A stretch of 62,884 bases of DNA, counting the filler, from Choristocarpus tenellus KU-1152 (lineage: Eukaryota; Protista; Phaeophyceae): the NCBI GenBank assembly GCA_964200185.2. It is 10 parts of 10 records of this genome, joined end to end, with 100 filler letters (N's around TTAATTAATTAA, not from the genome) between each part and the next. Parts side by side here need not be neighbours in the genome. Positions count along the whole stretch, not along the records: positions 23,547 to 39,064 come from CAXNAD020000982.1; 9 more parts are not named here. One strand, given 5' to 3'. Numbering within the stretch: position 1 is the first letter of the stretch; each line of letters starts with the position of its first letter. Both the position numbers and the translations under genes were made by a program. Of the stretch, positions 26,170-38,168 are shown piece by piece. The notes below the pieces were generated by a model, which saw nothing but the letters and a program-made list of their open reading frames with translations, was not told the DNA's origin and did not search any database.

Positions 26170-26960
26170 GATAATGGCTGGTACTGTTATGGTATACAGG
26201 GCATTTGGACTGGCCCTATCTGAGAAGAAGAAGGAGATAATCGTGTGGCTCCCTGTCCCCCGCAAGGTAGCAGGCATGATGCAAATCGAGGTTGGATGCA
26301 ATGTTACATGCAGACTAAAAAGTTTGTTTATCTTGGATGTTCAGTCAATGATGACGCTGAAAGTATTTCCACCATGATCCACCAGCAGATCTGGTTAGCA
26401 AGGAGGCACTTCATGATGCACAGTGAATAACTATATGATCGAGGAGTTGGTGTACCACTTGAGGTGAAGAATCGGATGCTCAAGGCCGAAGTACTCAAGG
26501 TCATATGGTATTGCTACATCACGTGGACACTTGGGTAGAACTACTGCACACAGCTTCATATCTAGCACTGCAAGTTCCTCCAGCACGGCATTGGGCTCCG
26601 AAAGTCGAAGGGTACGGATCACCCCCTGTCATATAGGGAAGCTCTAGCGAGAACTGGATGCGAGAGGATGAGGCAACCACACGCAACTGGAGGCTGCTGT
26701 TTGCAGGTTTCATGGCGCAGATGGACAATGTTCACTTACCCAAGAATTTGATGTTTAGAGAGCTCAGAGCTGAGAAACTGAAGGGATGGGGGTGGTGTGA
26801 TCAGAGAAGTGGTGGTGCCTCCAAATTGGTCTTCACTTATCAAAACTCCAGCTGAAGGGTGTTGCAGAGTCCCTAAAGAGGTGTTTTAGGTGTATGAAGG
26901 ATGGAGCCATACACTTCATGGATGCTTGGCATACCGTGGAGGCTGATGAAGCCATAACTC
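26170..26960 (+). mobile_element. Degenerate RTE-clade LINE, RT C-terminal region
   Basis: AFGLALSEKK..., KKFVYLGCSV, LEVKNRMLKAEVL..., SYREALARTGCE, RLLFAGFMAQMDNVHLPKNLMFREL; several stops and frameshifts. Confidence 0.8.
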
Positions 26961-29002
26961 AAGAAAGTAGCCAAACACATGGGGCATTGCTTACTGAGCT
27001 TTAGTTTGGAATGGGGTCTGGGCTAGAACATCATTGATGTGGTGCTGTTGGGTGCGGAACTTCATACAATTTTCTGATGATGTGAGAATGCGTGTGGATA
27101 TACAACCTTTCTTACCTAACCAGCCGTTGTTGTTGATGGTGGAGTTGACATGTTTCGAAGTATATTTGTTGTTGTCTGTCTGACCTTTTCTCTTCTACCA
27201 TGTGGCGTTATTTTTTAATTCTTCCCTTTTCACATTTGTGGGCTTTTCTGTAACGTTACTGAGCCAAAGTAAATGAGAGATACCCAGGTTTTGGTCATTT
27301 TTGCATTTAAGTCTGTTTTTCAATCTTTTGCAATTCACCTACATTTCTATAGATGAAAATCAAACTTTGACTTGAGAGCGTTTATTTCTCTGTTGTTCGA
27401 AACCTTTTTGGATACAACTAAAAAAATATCCTATAAACATTGGTAAAAAAAAGTCGAACTTTTAACATATTTATCAGCATCCTTCAAACGTAATATGTGC
27501 ATTTATCCACTTTTCCAAGAAGACAGTCACATGAGCTTCATCGAGCACACATACTCCTATACCACAAGATGCTTCGCTCATATGAAGCGTGAACGGATTA
27601 CTAAAACTCACCAGTATTGCCCAACATCTTCATTACAGTCTACTGCAGCTCCGTCATCTTGATCCCTTATAACCTTCTCAGACAGCAAATTCCCCATAAA
27701 GTCCACTGGCAAACCCACTCAAACCCTAGTATTATATTTCTTTTGCTGTTGAGGTGCATCCCTAAGATGCAAATACCAAGTCGATCTGTAATTCTACTTG
27801 CATGACACATGGGACTTCAGTGGTCAGAACTGAGTATGGATTGCTCGATGTCAAGTTCTTCTCTCATAAATTCATTTTCACTCAAGAGATTTTCTACAGC
27901 AATACAGGGTTTGCTAAGACAGCACTCTTTTATTCTTCTATTGCCAAGGCAAACATTGTACACTCCAACATAACCACTCTAAATAAACCCACCTCACAGC
28001 AAAAGAAGGGTACTCTAGACTACTTGGTAGAGATGGGTACATTGACTGTGACAATAGGGAAGCTCGAGCATCAGATTTTTAAAACATTGCACTAGAACTA
28101 GTGAGATGGCTGAAATGGTGGTGGGCTCCAGTTGCCATCCAATGAGCCTCACACAGATTGAACAAGTCTCAACACACACTCCATTTTTTCTGCAGACAGC
28201 AGAAAGAGACTGTGTAGGCGGCACAGTCAAGTGAACTGCATGTGCGGTTCTCTGACACAAGTCTATGCCTGGAAAAAAATGTCAGAATATTAGAACAATC
28301 ACAATGACAACCCCATAAATTTCAGTTTCCAAATCACTGTACAAAAATGAGCCAAAACAATGTTCAGAACCAAAACTCAGCAATCTGCAATCATTCTCAG
28401 CTATAGAACCTTCACTAAGCCCCTAGCCATTGCTCATTTCAAACAGTGCAATACAGAGCTCCCTTATGGGTATCTGTGCAGGGTAGTGCGAGGGCTTATG
28501 GTTAAGTCCAAAAATATGTCGTATGGTGAAGTAAACCACCAACCCTCTTACCACCTAATTGATTAGGTAAAATGAATTGTGGATGGAGGGCAAGAGTTTT
28601 ACAAGGACATATACTGTCACACTGCTAGACAATGCAGATGGGAAATGGATGAATCATGGGACTTGCCTCTTCACATCATGACAACTGACTCCAAAATATG
28701 GCAACAGAAAGGGAGCTCCAAAGACAGTTATGACTCAGAACTCCTTCAATAAATATCCAAAACTCACTGAAAAATGCAATAACTTACATTTCTCACGCTA
28801 ATCGCTCCATTCTACTTCTATCGTCACATCTCCTCATCTCTTCCATGCTAGATTTACTATCATACCCTAACAGCACAAGGCACAGGTCTTGTATGGAGCT
28901 CAGAAATAATGGCTGGCAACCATTCCCATCACCTCTCTTATGGTCGATGAAACGTGGCCCTTATTCTGCTCTCTCTCACCATTTCCACCTGAGTGTAATG
29001 CA

Positions 29003-30081
29003 TTATCTTCTTGATTCTGCAAACTTGGATAGACCCTGCAAAGCAGTATACAGGAATCAGAGGCTGAGAAGGATAACGAAGCAGCCCAATGTTTGCCTCT
29101 CTATCCCTAAAATATTTATTACTGCATGATGGAGCTTCGGCAAGACATTTTTTAACATAACATGAACTAGCACCTTACGCCATTCTGTTCCCTCTACGGG
29201 TGGTCCTATTTCTCACCTCTTTCCACTCTTGCAGTGTTAGTCCATTAGGTGTCTTCACCGTTGTAACGCCTGGGCAGGCCCATTCCACATCTCGACAGTT
29301 GTCACCCCAATTACAGTCGTCGAAGAAAAGCATGTCGTGGAATGCCACTCCAGATTCTTCATGAAGGCGATTAAAGTGGCGTGACTTATGGGAAGGATAT
29401 ATTTCTCTGTACCTTACCACCTCGTCAACCTTTATTCCTGGCGACACCTGGCGTTACATGGGCGCAAGGCACAAGGTTCATGGCAATCACATTGGAGTAG
29501 GCTCCAGGGATGGCATTCGAGGCTGTTAATCCTCAGTCACGACACCCACAAACCAGTCCACAAGAGTGAAAAAGGGTCAAAAGGGAGAAGTTGGTGCTTT
29601 CGAATGTGGGGCACTTTCCCTTACAACAGTTTTAATTGAAGTTACAAAATGAAGACAAGCCATAGTCACCCAGCAGGAAAATCACCTCTAATAATCGGAG
29701 ACACTCCAGGGCCCTTGATTTATGGCTTGTCGCAGAAGCAACAGCTACCTTGGTGTTTGCAAACCTCTCTTGAGTGTGCAGATCACGGAGTGCGACTACG
29801 GCTCCAGGAAAGAGGGTAACACGGTCACGCCCGGCTATGACTTCATTTCTGGTCTCGTTCCAACCCGAAGGTTCACCTCTCAATTCGAACATCTCAGGCG
29901 ACCTAGGCAAGCAATTGAAAGTCCAATATTGGAGAAATGTTGGTTGCAACAAGACGGATGGAATGGCACTGAGATGGGGATGAAAGAGTAGCCTGATGCT
30001 CCCACTTGTAAAACATCACACGTACCATATGCACATGTCGCAATCAAAGACCACCAACTTTGGCACTGGCTCGTTCTCCAT
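29003..30081 (-). CDS. MDP1: Magnesium-dependent phosphatase 1 (HAD family)
   Basis: Four GT-AG exons: 30026-30081, 29686-29902, 29217-29447, 29003-29035. MENEPVPKLVVFDCDMCIWSPEM (DxD), LFPGA, VAVASAT, EIYPSHKSRHF, MLFFDD, NGLTLQEWKEGLSKF. Confidence 0.92.
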
Positions 30082-30391
30082 GGTCCAACACTCGTTCTTG
30101 TCCTAAAGTGTTACAGGTTACACAGGTTGACACTACCCTAACATACTACCCTACAACTACTAATTGTTTGTAGAGAAATAGTGTAGAGAAATAGTGTATT
30201 AGTAGTTGTTCTATAAAACAGTGATAATAGTATTATTATATACTTTCCATTATATTTGAAAGCTCTGGAGCGCTCCAGGGCTCTAAGGAGCAGCCAATCA
30301 GTAACCATAAGTTGGTAAGTTGTATCATCCAACCTCACGCCTATTTTCCTATTTTCATTGAGGTGCTTTCGTTGTGTGTTGAGGGAGGATC
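30082..30391. promoter_or_regulatory. Putative bidirectional promoter (MDP1 / zf-DNL)
   Basis: 310 bp between divergent ATGs. Contains the palindrome CTGGAGCGCTCCAG (30265-30278) and the CCAAT box AGCCAATCAG (30292-30301). Confidence 0.55.
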
Positions 30392-31827
30392 ATGAAAATC
30401 TCATCCGCTACTGTCTTGGCTAGAATATCTCTTTTGATTCACTTCAGTATCTCATGCGAGGGCTTTGTTGTGCATACCTCAGGTGTGTAAACGATAAAGG
30501 GGGTGCACACGTGGCTCATCCTCCCCAATTGCTGTTCGTTGGGACTGTACAGTAGATCTTGCTGCATATCCCCTCTTGGAGCTAATTCCGTTAGCCATAA
30601 CAATACCTTCCCATTTTAGCATCCTTCCATACATTGTCTTGTGCAATCGATGTCCGCATCGACTTTTTTATCACGTAAGTCTATGTCGCGCTTGTTCTCC
30701 TCTCAGCCCGACATGAAGTGCGACCTGCGTGCGGTTCCCTGTTGCAGCCGTTGGCGCGCACTGTATTTTTCCGTCAACTTGACCATATGCCGTGGAGCCT
30801 ATGTAGGATGAGCAGCCGTGGTAGACCTGGAGGAGCAGGGAAGGTTGGTAGTGGTAAGGGATTCGGAAAACCTAGGCCTGAGAAGCAGGAACCTCCAGAG
30901 GACGGGGATTCCCAAACCACGGTAAGTTTTTGATACCTTTGCATAAATTTTTGCAAGCATTGTTTTGTTCCAGTCCTGGCTCGTGTTGAGATAACCCTCG
31001 CCCCATGCCAACTAAAGCAGATTTATTGCTGGTAGTCTCATTTTGTTGGGGTATTTTCCTTCCTCGTTAAGCATTCTTTGATTAGTGGAAGTATCCCTTG
31101 GGGTTGGGTTCTACTTCGCACTTTGCACCTGGATAAAGACTGGTTCTTACTGCTGTAAATTGGTACTCCTAAACTTTTGACTCTGATCTCGTTCATCATG
31201 ATACATGCCTCGAAACTAACCGTACACCGCATGTACCGTGTACTCCATGTACTCGACCTCCGTATCGACCTTCACTTCATCTCTCTGTAGAAGGCGGGGC
31301 AACCTATTTCTGGGAAGAAAGACAGTGTACCGAACAAAAACCGAACTTTGCTCCTTCAGTTCAAGTGCAATCGCTGTGAGACCACCAGCCAGTACATGAT
31401 CGGGAAGGCAGCATATGAAGAGGGTATTGTGGTATGCACCTGCCAGACATGCAAGGCTAGGCATCTCATTGCGGACAACCTTAATAAGGTGAAACAGAGT
31501 GGGTATCAAATGACAATGGATTGTGCCCTATTGAATAGCTGGTAAAATTGTCAACCCAGCAGACAGAGGTATTATATCCTTCATCCATGACCGTGCTGAT
31601 CACTCCTCTTTGCCCAACATGTGCACATCCTGCATCTACAACAGTTGGATTTCCCAGAGTTTGGACGCAACATTGAAGAGTTCATGTCAAATCAGACTGG
31701 TGAGGGACAGGAAGTGACCAAGGCGACATTACCGGATATGTCCCCTGAGCTCATGAAAAAGTTCAACCTGGTTCTGGATGATAGTGGCACTTTTTCCCTC
31801 GCCCCCAAGAAGGCGCAGGAACCATGA
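30392..31827 (+). CDS. DNL-type zinc finger protein (Hep/Zim17-like Hsp70 escort protein), probably plastid-targeted
   Basis: Exons 30392-30482, 30707-30921, 31291-31488, 31645-31827. LQFKCNRC...AYEEGIVVCTCQTCKARHLIADNL...NIEEFM. N-terminal hydrophobic peptide ending CEG-F, then an S/R-rich transit-like segment. Confidence 0.9.
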
Positions 31828-32271
31828 CAACTGCCCCACCACACTGTGTTTTAAGTAGGATCTGATGTTGATGGGTGTACATAAATGATGAGCTACTCCA
31901 ATGACTTTCCAATGTTCACTATCTGTGCCTCTCGGATTCCAATAGACAAGTGCAACCTAAGAACTGATGCAATAAGTGAGGTTTTGATGTAACAGGAAGT
32001 GTAACCACACTCTATTGTTTAAAACACCCTGTACCTTGCAATTAAAAGAATGCCTGGAATTTTTTTCGCTTTGCCTTTTCGTTATCCTGGCGCAGTGGGT
32101 CATAAAAAATCAATATGGTGTGAGGTTTGCAACCCTCTCCCAACCTTGGTACACCTTCCTTGTGTGTAATTGCTGCACACAAACCTTGAGTACGTCCACG
32201 AGTGCAGTATCCCTAGACAGCATAATAGGGAATGCACTCTCCAGGCATGTCTTCTTTGGAAAAATATTTTA

Positions 32272-33751
32272 CTAAGGTTGCGATGTCTTCTTTTTGCGTC
32301 CTGGACGTACAAGCTGCTTGAGGGCGTCCATAGGTTCGATGTCCCACGACTCCACATGGCGTGTGATCCGTCCTGTATCTGGTGAGAAGATGTGCTCCGT
32401 TCCCTGAAGAACGAGGGGATATAAGTATGCATGTGGGTTAAAACCTTACCCTTCCAGATTGCATAGGCAGTGTAATAGTAGGTGGGTAACAAATCTCGCA
32501 CTTCCACATCTACAAGAAATATCAATTCCTTGCAGCTATATTCAACTTAGGACCTGGAGTACTTTACATTGACGAGTGCCATAAGAGTTGCACGTTAAGC
32601 AACTTAGATACGTGTCGCGCATGAGGGCGCTCTAAAATGTGTGTTAATCTAAGGTAACCAAAACTGATTAACTCACACCGGAGGCAGCCAGGGTAGGTCT
32701 CCATGGCAGTCCAAGGACACAGCGAAAACGCCATTTGGTCTTAATTGAATTGGCTGTCTCTTCCCAGCTGGTTACATCCAGCTTGACATCTTCCATAAAG
32801 GACCCGAGGTTGTCGAGGTTGTTCTGTGTTGGGAGAGGATGTCATGGTGTCACCAGGAGTGTCTATGGGTAGTGGATAGAGAGTTGGCTTTGCATTTCAT
32901 GCTGTGAGCTAGCGTGGACAATAGCACCGAACATGACACAATTTGTGGGGAGCCCGAGCACAAAACCCAAGGTTCGTGGCATACACCTTGAATCTTCGAA
33001 GTCCCCGGAATGCCACGAAAGGATCGGCGAATTCACAGTCATCTTCGTACAAGTTCATGTCCATTTCTCCTGTCACGAAGTATACCCGATCATAGTCGGT
33101 ACGGAGACTCGCAATTGCGTCTTGCCAATCCAACAGCGGCTTTTCCTTGTCCCCCGCATTTTCATCCAAAGTGTTTGACTTGCCAACACCCACAATTTTC
33201 CCCAGGAGTTCTGAACCGTACCTAGTCCGGGCCGGGGTAGAGAGGAAGAAGGGCAATAAGCTGTGATCAAGGTTGTGGCATTGCTCAGTTGCAGGTCTAC
33301 TCAGCACTCAATATTTATTCTCGTATTCGCCCGGACAAAATTAGAGCACCGATTACAATCAGTATATCTACCTAGATCACGAGCACTTATGGTGTATGTC
33401 CAACTGAGTTGCACACGCACCACATCAGAGTGATACTTGGACCAGTATCGAATATCACTTTCTGTGTTGAAGTTAAAATCCTTCGATCAACGAATTAAGA
33501 CGGAGAGGTTTCTACAATCGACCAAAATAGGGGCCACAGGAAATGTAGGCACCTTACCACGCTGCCTTGACGAACAAGCTCGGATCCTCCGACGTTGGTT
33601 TGTTGTCACTATTGGGGGAGGACGAGATTCGAGAAAACGAGACATGTTCCTTGGTTACCACTAGGCGATGGGACAGGCTTTGGTGTGAGCTGACCCATGG
33701 GGCAAATGCCCCAACTAGACCTAGACAGCTAGCAGCGATGAGGATGCGCAT
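32272..33751 (-). CDS. DUF2358 (NTF2/SnoaL-like fold) protein, probably plastid-targeted
   Basis: Exons 33558-33751, 32987-33221, 32677-32823, 32272-32403. MRILIAASCLGLVGA-FAP; YFVTGEMDMNLYEDDCEFADPFVAFRGLRRFK; KWRFRCVLGLPWRP; GRITRHVESWD. Confidence 0.88.
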
Positions 33752-33971
33752 GATCTCGAAGATCAAGGACGAGTTCTCATCAACTTGAAAAAAAAGGAGA
33801 TAGTACGTCGCGCATTTCAACATTTCGCGTGTCCCAAACACCAAATACTTCCCCTTTTGTAATTTTGTAATTTTGTAATTTTAAATCGAGTTAGTGAAGT
33901 GCAGCACATATTTGTGCCGGGTTCATTGTGATGTGTGTCGCTTGAGGCTGGGGGTTGACCAAACGATCAAG
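33752..33971. promoter_or_regulatory. Putative bidirectional promoter (DUF2358 / signal peptidase)
   Basis: Only 220 bp between divergent ATGs; short tandem TTTTGTAA repeat near 33855-33882. Confidence 0.5.
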
Positions 33972-36831
33972 ATGTATTATGTAGGAATGGTACTTGCCAT
34001 ATGCGCTCCATTGTGTATGGGGTCGGCATTCGTCGGTAAGAGTCAAGATATTCTGTTGAACACGGCATAAATATACACGCAACAAGTACAGGCGATAGTT
34101 TGATCTACTCCTTGCCTTGCAAATATGCAAACCTTCCTTTTTCTCATGCCCCCCTTCGCACTTACCGTCAATTACCTTAGCACGACAAAGTAACACCCTT
34201 CTACCTGCAGTCAGCATCAGATTGTGACCTCCGCCCAAAATCGGCTAACGCGAGAAGATGCTGTCCCCTGACAGAAGGGGGCAGAACCTTCAAGGCGACA
34301 GACTGGAAGAGGGGACAAGGCAGGGGAAAAAACTTCTCTGTACTACCGTTTAGCAAGGTATCCATATACCTAGTGGGTGGTTGTTGTTCCAACAACTGCA
34401 AATCGAAATTATGCCTGCAAACTAAACCATCTTGTGACAGGATTGAGTACTGTTAATACTAATATTGACACTCGATCGTTTTGCTGTCGATTTGCAATTT
34501 CTCCCAAACACTCATGGCGCCCTCTTTTACGCTACCCTTACGTTCATTTAAGAGCCCAAAAGATGGTCAACCGCTGGGGGACAGATGGGTGAAGGAAGTA
34601 ACGGAGGGGTTGGCTGTCGAGCCCCCAGGCATCTTCAAGCGACTCTTCTCAGCACCGAGAAATATCCGCAGGACAGTGACTGTGGACGGATTGGTAGTTC
34701 CAGTTATCGGGGCACGGGATGGCTGGGGTGAAATTAGACAGGTAAGGGGGGATGGTAGGTGAGAGTAGCAGGTGTCAGGCATAGGAATCTCCCGACTTTT
34801 TATGCCGCCTGTGAGGTGTGATTACTTAAGTCCCAGCAAGTTCTTACGAAACTGTTGATCTGTTATCTTTGTCGAAATTTTTAGCCATCCTTTGCACGAA
34901 TTGGAGTCATCCAACAGTCAGCATGATTTTCACCTGTGGTATGTCCAAATAGAAAAAGATTGGTGTAAATAGATTTGATATTTCCATTGACTAATAGTTC
35001 TTGGTACCTTCAAATATGGTCTTCAAATATTTCAGAGTTGTCCAAATCAATGGTTGGGGATTTATGATTGCTAAGTTTTTGTGTGTGCAGTACATGTCTC
35101 CCACATTCTCCCCTTACCACACAGTGTCTCCTGTGATGCAATGACTCTTGTGAGATGGGTACTGCACTTCTATTGTTGCCAACAAGTCTAATCGATTTAA
35201 CAGGTTGTTGGCTGAGAGGTATGGTACCCACTGCTTCGGAACATTTTGAGATGCTGGACATAAAAATGTCTTTAAACATTCAGGGCTAGTAAAGCTTAAG
35301 ATGAAAGAGTTATTGGAATGACCCATACTTTGGATTGGACTTCTTTGTAGATTCCATGATTAAACCGTTTTTTACTGTGTATATCCCAAACTATTCAATA
35401 TATCATTTGATTCTTTTCTGTAACTCCTGAACCCTGAGATAAGATTTGATCAGATATATGAGTATGTTGCACATCAGCCACGTGAATTGGTCCAACTATC
35501 ATGAAATAGTACTACTCTAGCATTCTTCCTTGTATGACTGTTTCCCCTGTCATTTTGTCATTGGCAATACACAAGACAACTGGTACCCTTTTCTCCTGTC
35601 CCCTCTTGTCTGCCACTTCTGCAGTCTCTTGTTGATGCTGGGGTTTACCCAGGAGTGGAGTACAGAGTTCTTGAGGTGACCCTCAAGAACGCAATGTCAG
35701 AGGAACAGACCTCCCTTGGAAGTGTGCTGGATGCATCTGAGGGGGCCTTTGATGCTGGAGATGTTTTTCTTACACTGCGACCTGTTTACCCACTGATAAG
35801 CCGGCTGGAGCGTCAGTGGCCAGTGCAACTGGCAGCGAGAGATGTTCCTGTCCTTTTGACACCATTTGCATATAACACTGCTACGGCATGGGCATCTCTG
35901 ATCACCAGTGCTACATTGCTGGCTGTTGGGTTTGTCCTTAGTCAGGCTGTAACTCTGTCATACATTCCCAGTCACAGTATGGAGCCAACATTGCAGGTAT
36001 GATATTTTCATGATGCAGGAGGTGGATAAGTCACCAGATCTTGCCACTTGTTTCTTTCCATTTCTAGCTTTTGATCGTGGGAGGATTGTCAATCAATGAG
36101 GTTCAACCATATGCAAGTACAGTAGTGATGCACTTGAGGAGTAGATGTGTACCTTGTGTGTGTGTTGAGAGCGACTCACAGTCTTTCAGTCAACCTGCTT
36201 GCTGCCTGCATCCTAGCTCAAGTCAGGGCTCTAATTTTCCTTGGCAACATGCTTTCCCCTCCTTCATCTGTGGTGTCTATCTCATCTGACTGACCAGGTA
36301 GGGGATCTTGTCCTGGTGGAGAAGGTATCAAGATCAACTCTTATTCGAAAGAATGATATAGTTTTCTTTCGCCCTCCTGAAGCCCTCAGAAGTGTGGTGA
36401 CCTCAGTGGGAGGAACGCTGCGTGAGAGTGATCTTTTTGCAAAACGTGTTGCTGGAATCCCCGGTGACACAGTCAGTGTAGACGCAAGGGGAAGGGTGGC
36501 AGTTGAAGCACCTAAACATCGACAGGGAGGACTGCTGGGTGGGAAGATGAGTGATGCAATGGGCCCAGGAAAGAAGGGAGCAATAAGGATTCCAGTGGTT
36601 GATACTACCACTGGAGGTGAAGCAGAGGGCAGTGTGATCCCAGCGAACTTGCTGGAACGCATACATGTCATGGATGGTCATTTGTTGCCTGCAGGATCAT
36701 TGTTTGTGTTGGGGGATAATCCTGGAGCCTCTGTTGATTCTCGAGTGTGGGGTTTGCTCGACAAACAACAGATTGTAGGGCATCCGCTTTTGAGGATTTT
36801 CCCATTGTCACGTTTTGGGCTCATCAACTGA
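33972..36831 (+). CDS. Type I signal peptidase (S26A; thylakoidal processing peptidase-like), probably plastid-targeted
   Basis: Exons 33972-34035, 34215-34357, 34553-34741, 35625-35996, 36298-36831. Catalytic boxes YIPSHSMEPTLQVGD, DIVFF, FAKRVAGIPGD, FVLGDNPGASVDSRVWG. N-terminus MYYVGMVLAICAPLCMGSA-F. The first two exons are less certain. Confidence 0.88.
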
Positions 36832-37195
36832 TAGAGAGCAGGCACTGAGCAAGTTGTCTCTTGTGATGTCTGCTATTAAATGGTTAGGGTACTTGATAAA
36901 ACACCCAAGCCTTCTCTTCCTAGATGGACTAGTGCAACATCCCTCGTGTTAACGTCCAGCCATTCTCCTCTTCCTTGATTTTCCCCCTTCCAGTGTCATG
37001 CTCAACTTGAACATCGAATTTTCCCACTTGAATACTTCCATTATGACTTACAAAGTGTGTGTTTTTGTTTAATTAGAAGCAGTTGGTTTAGCGACAGAGG
37101 AACGCTTCATGGGGGATTTAGGTGTACAAATATTTTTTTTAACACAATGTACACACCATACTCACAAACAAAACATTTTTCTTGACCAGTGTACA

Positions 37196-38168
37196 TCAAG
37201 ATGTAATAACATTCACGCCTCCAAACACGTAAAGTGGTACTGCACAGGCCAATGCAATGCCAAGAAATCGGGCCTGATAGCTAAGGCCAAACCGTCCCAG
37301 CTTCGCCTTTACCTGGGTTCCCCGCCATGCTAACACCTCCTTCACTCGTGAGTACCGCAGCCAACCTGTAAAATACGTGAAGAGAGTGCACACAACAAAC
37401 GCCACGCCAAGTAGGACCCCCAGGATTTTTATACTGCTGGACAAGTCATCGGTGAGTGAAAGGAGCGATAATGCCATGGTGAGGACCGACAATGCCGTCC
37501 GTACCCAAGCAAGCCACGTCCGTTCATTGGCGAGGTGGGCGTTTATTCGCTCGAACTTGAGGAGTTCTCCTCGGAATTCCTTCCCTTCTCCATCATGTCT
37601 CTCCTCGCGAGCTGCACTACCCAATCCATCTCCAACCGGTTTGCCTCCCCCTACTATTGATTGTACACGTTCCTGGACAACAGTACGTTCCGCGTTAACA
37701 TGTAGCCTGTCCGGCAAGGAATCGCTGATCGCGAGGACGCTTCCATCTTGAGGATCCCGAACGATAACACCAGTCCCTGTTGGAATTTGTAGAGCAAGAT
37801 CGACTCCCCGGGAAATCGAAGCGTCACTGGCACCAGGGTACCTGCCGATATAGAGGGGGGTAATCCCAAACTTAATGTGGATATGTGCTGATCTTACGGG
37901 AAAATAATTGAGCTCAACTTTCCCGTTTTTCGGAAATGATTAGAATAAACATTGTCATTGAATGAAGCACTGCACCATGGAACCAGTGATCTGTGCAAGA
38001 CCACACGTCTCGTGCAAGCAAAGAGGTTCAAGGAACACCATATATATCGTGAAGACCTCACCAAGAAACCTCGTTGTCACGACCCTCAAACCGAACGAAG
38101 AGAGTTTTCTTTGAGTTTAAGGCTGCAGGGGATCGCCGTCGGTGAAGATTACCTTCCCCTGTCAACAT
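37196..38168 (-). CDS. DUF202 (YidH/Vtc1-like) three-TM membrane protein with a soluble N-terminal region
   Basis: Exons 38062-38168 and 37196-37841, joined at a phase-2 GT-AG junction (EVSW|YPG). HLANERTWLAWVRTALS followed by three hydrophobic helices. Confidence 0.82.

Noticed and set aside
30620-30674. Apparent extra exon (TTTTAG...AC|GTAAGT) in intron 1 of the zf-DNL gene
   Set aside because: Inclusion shifts the frame and leaves only a 32-nt downstream intron; exon 1 joins 30707 in frame without it.
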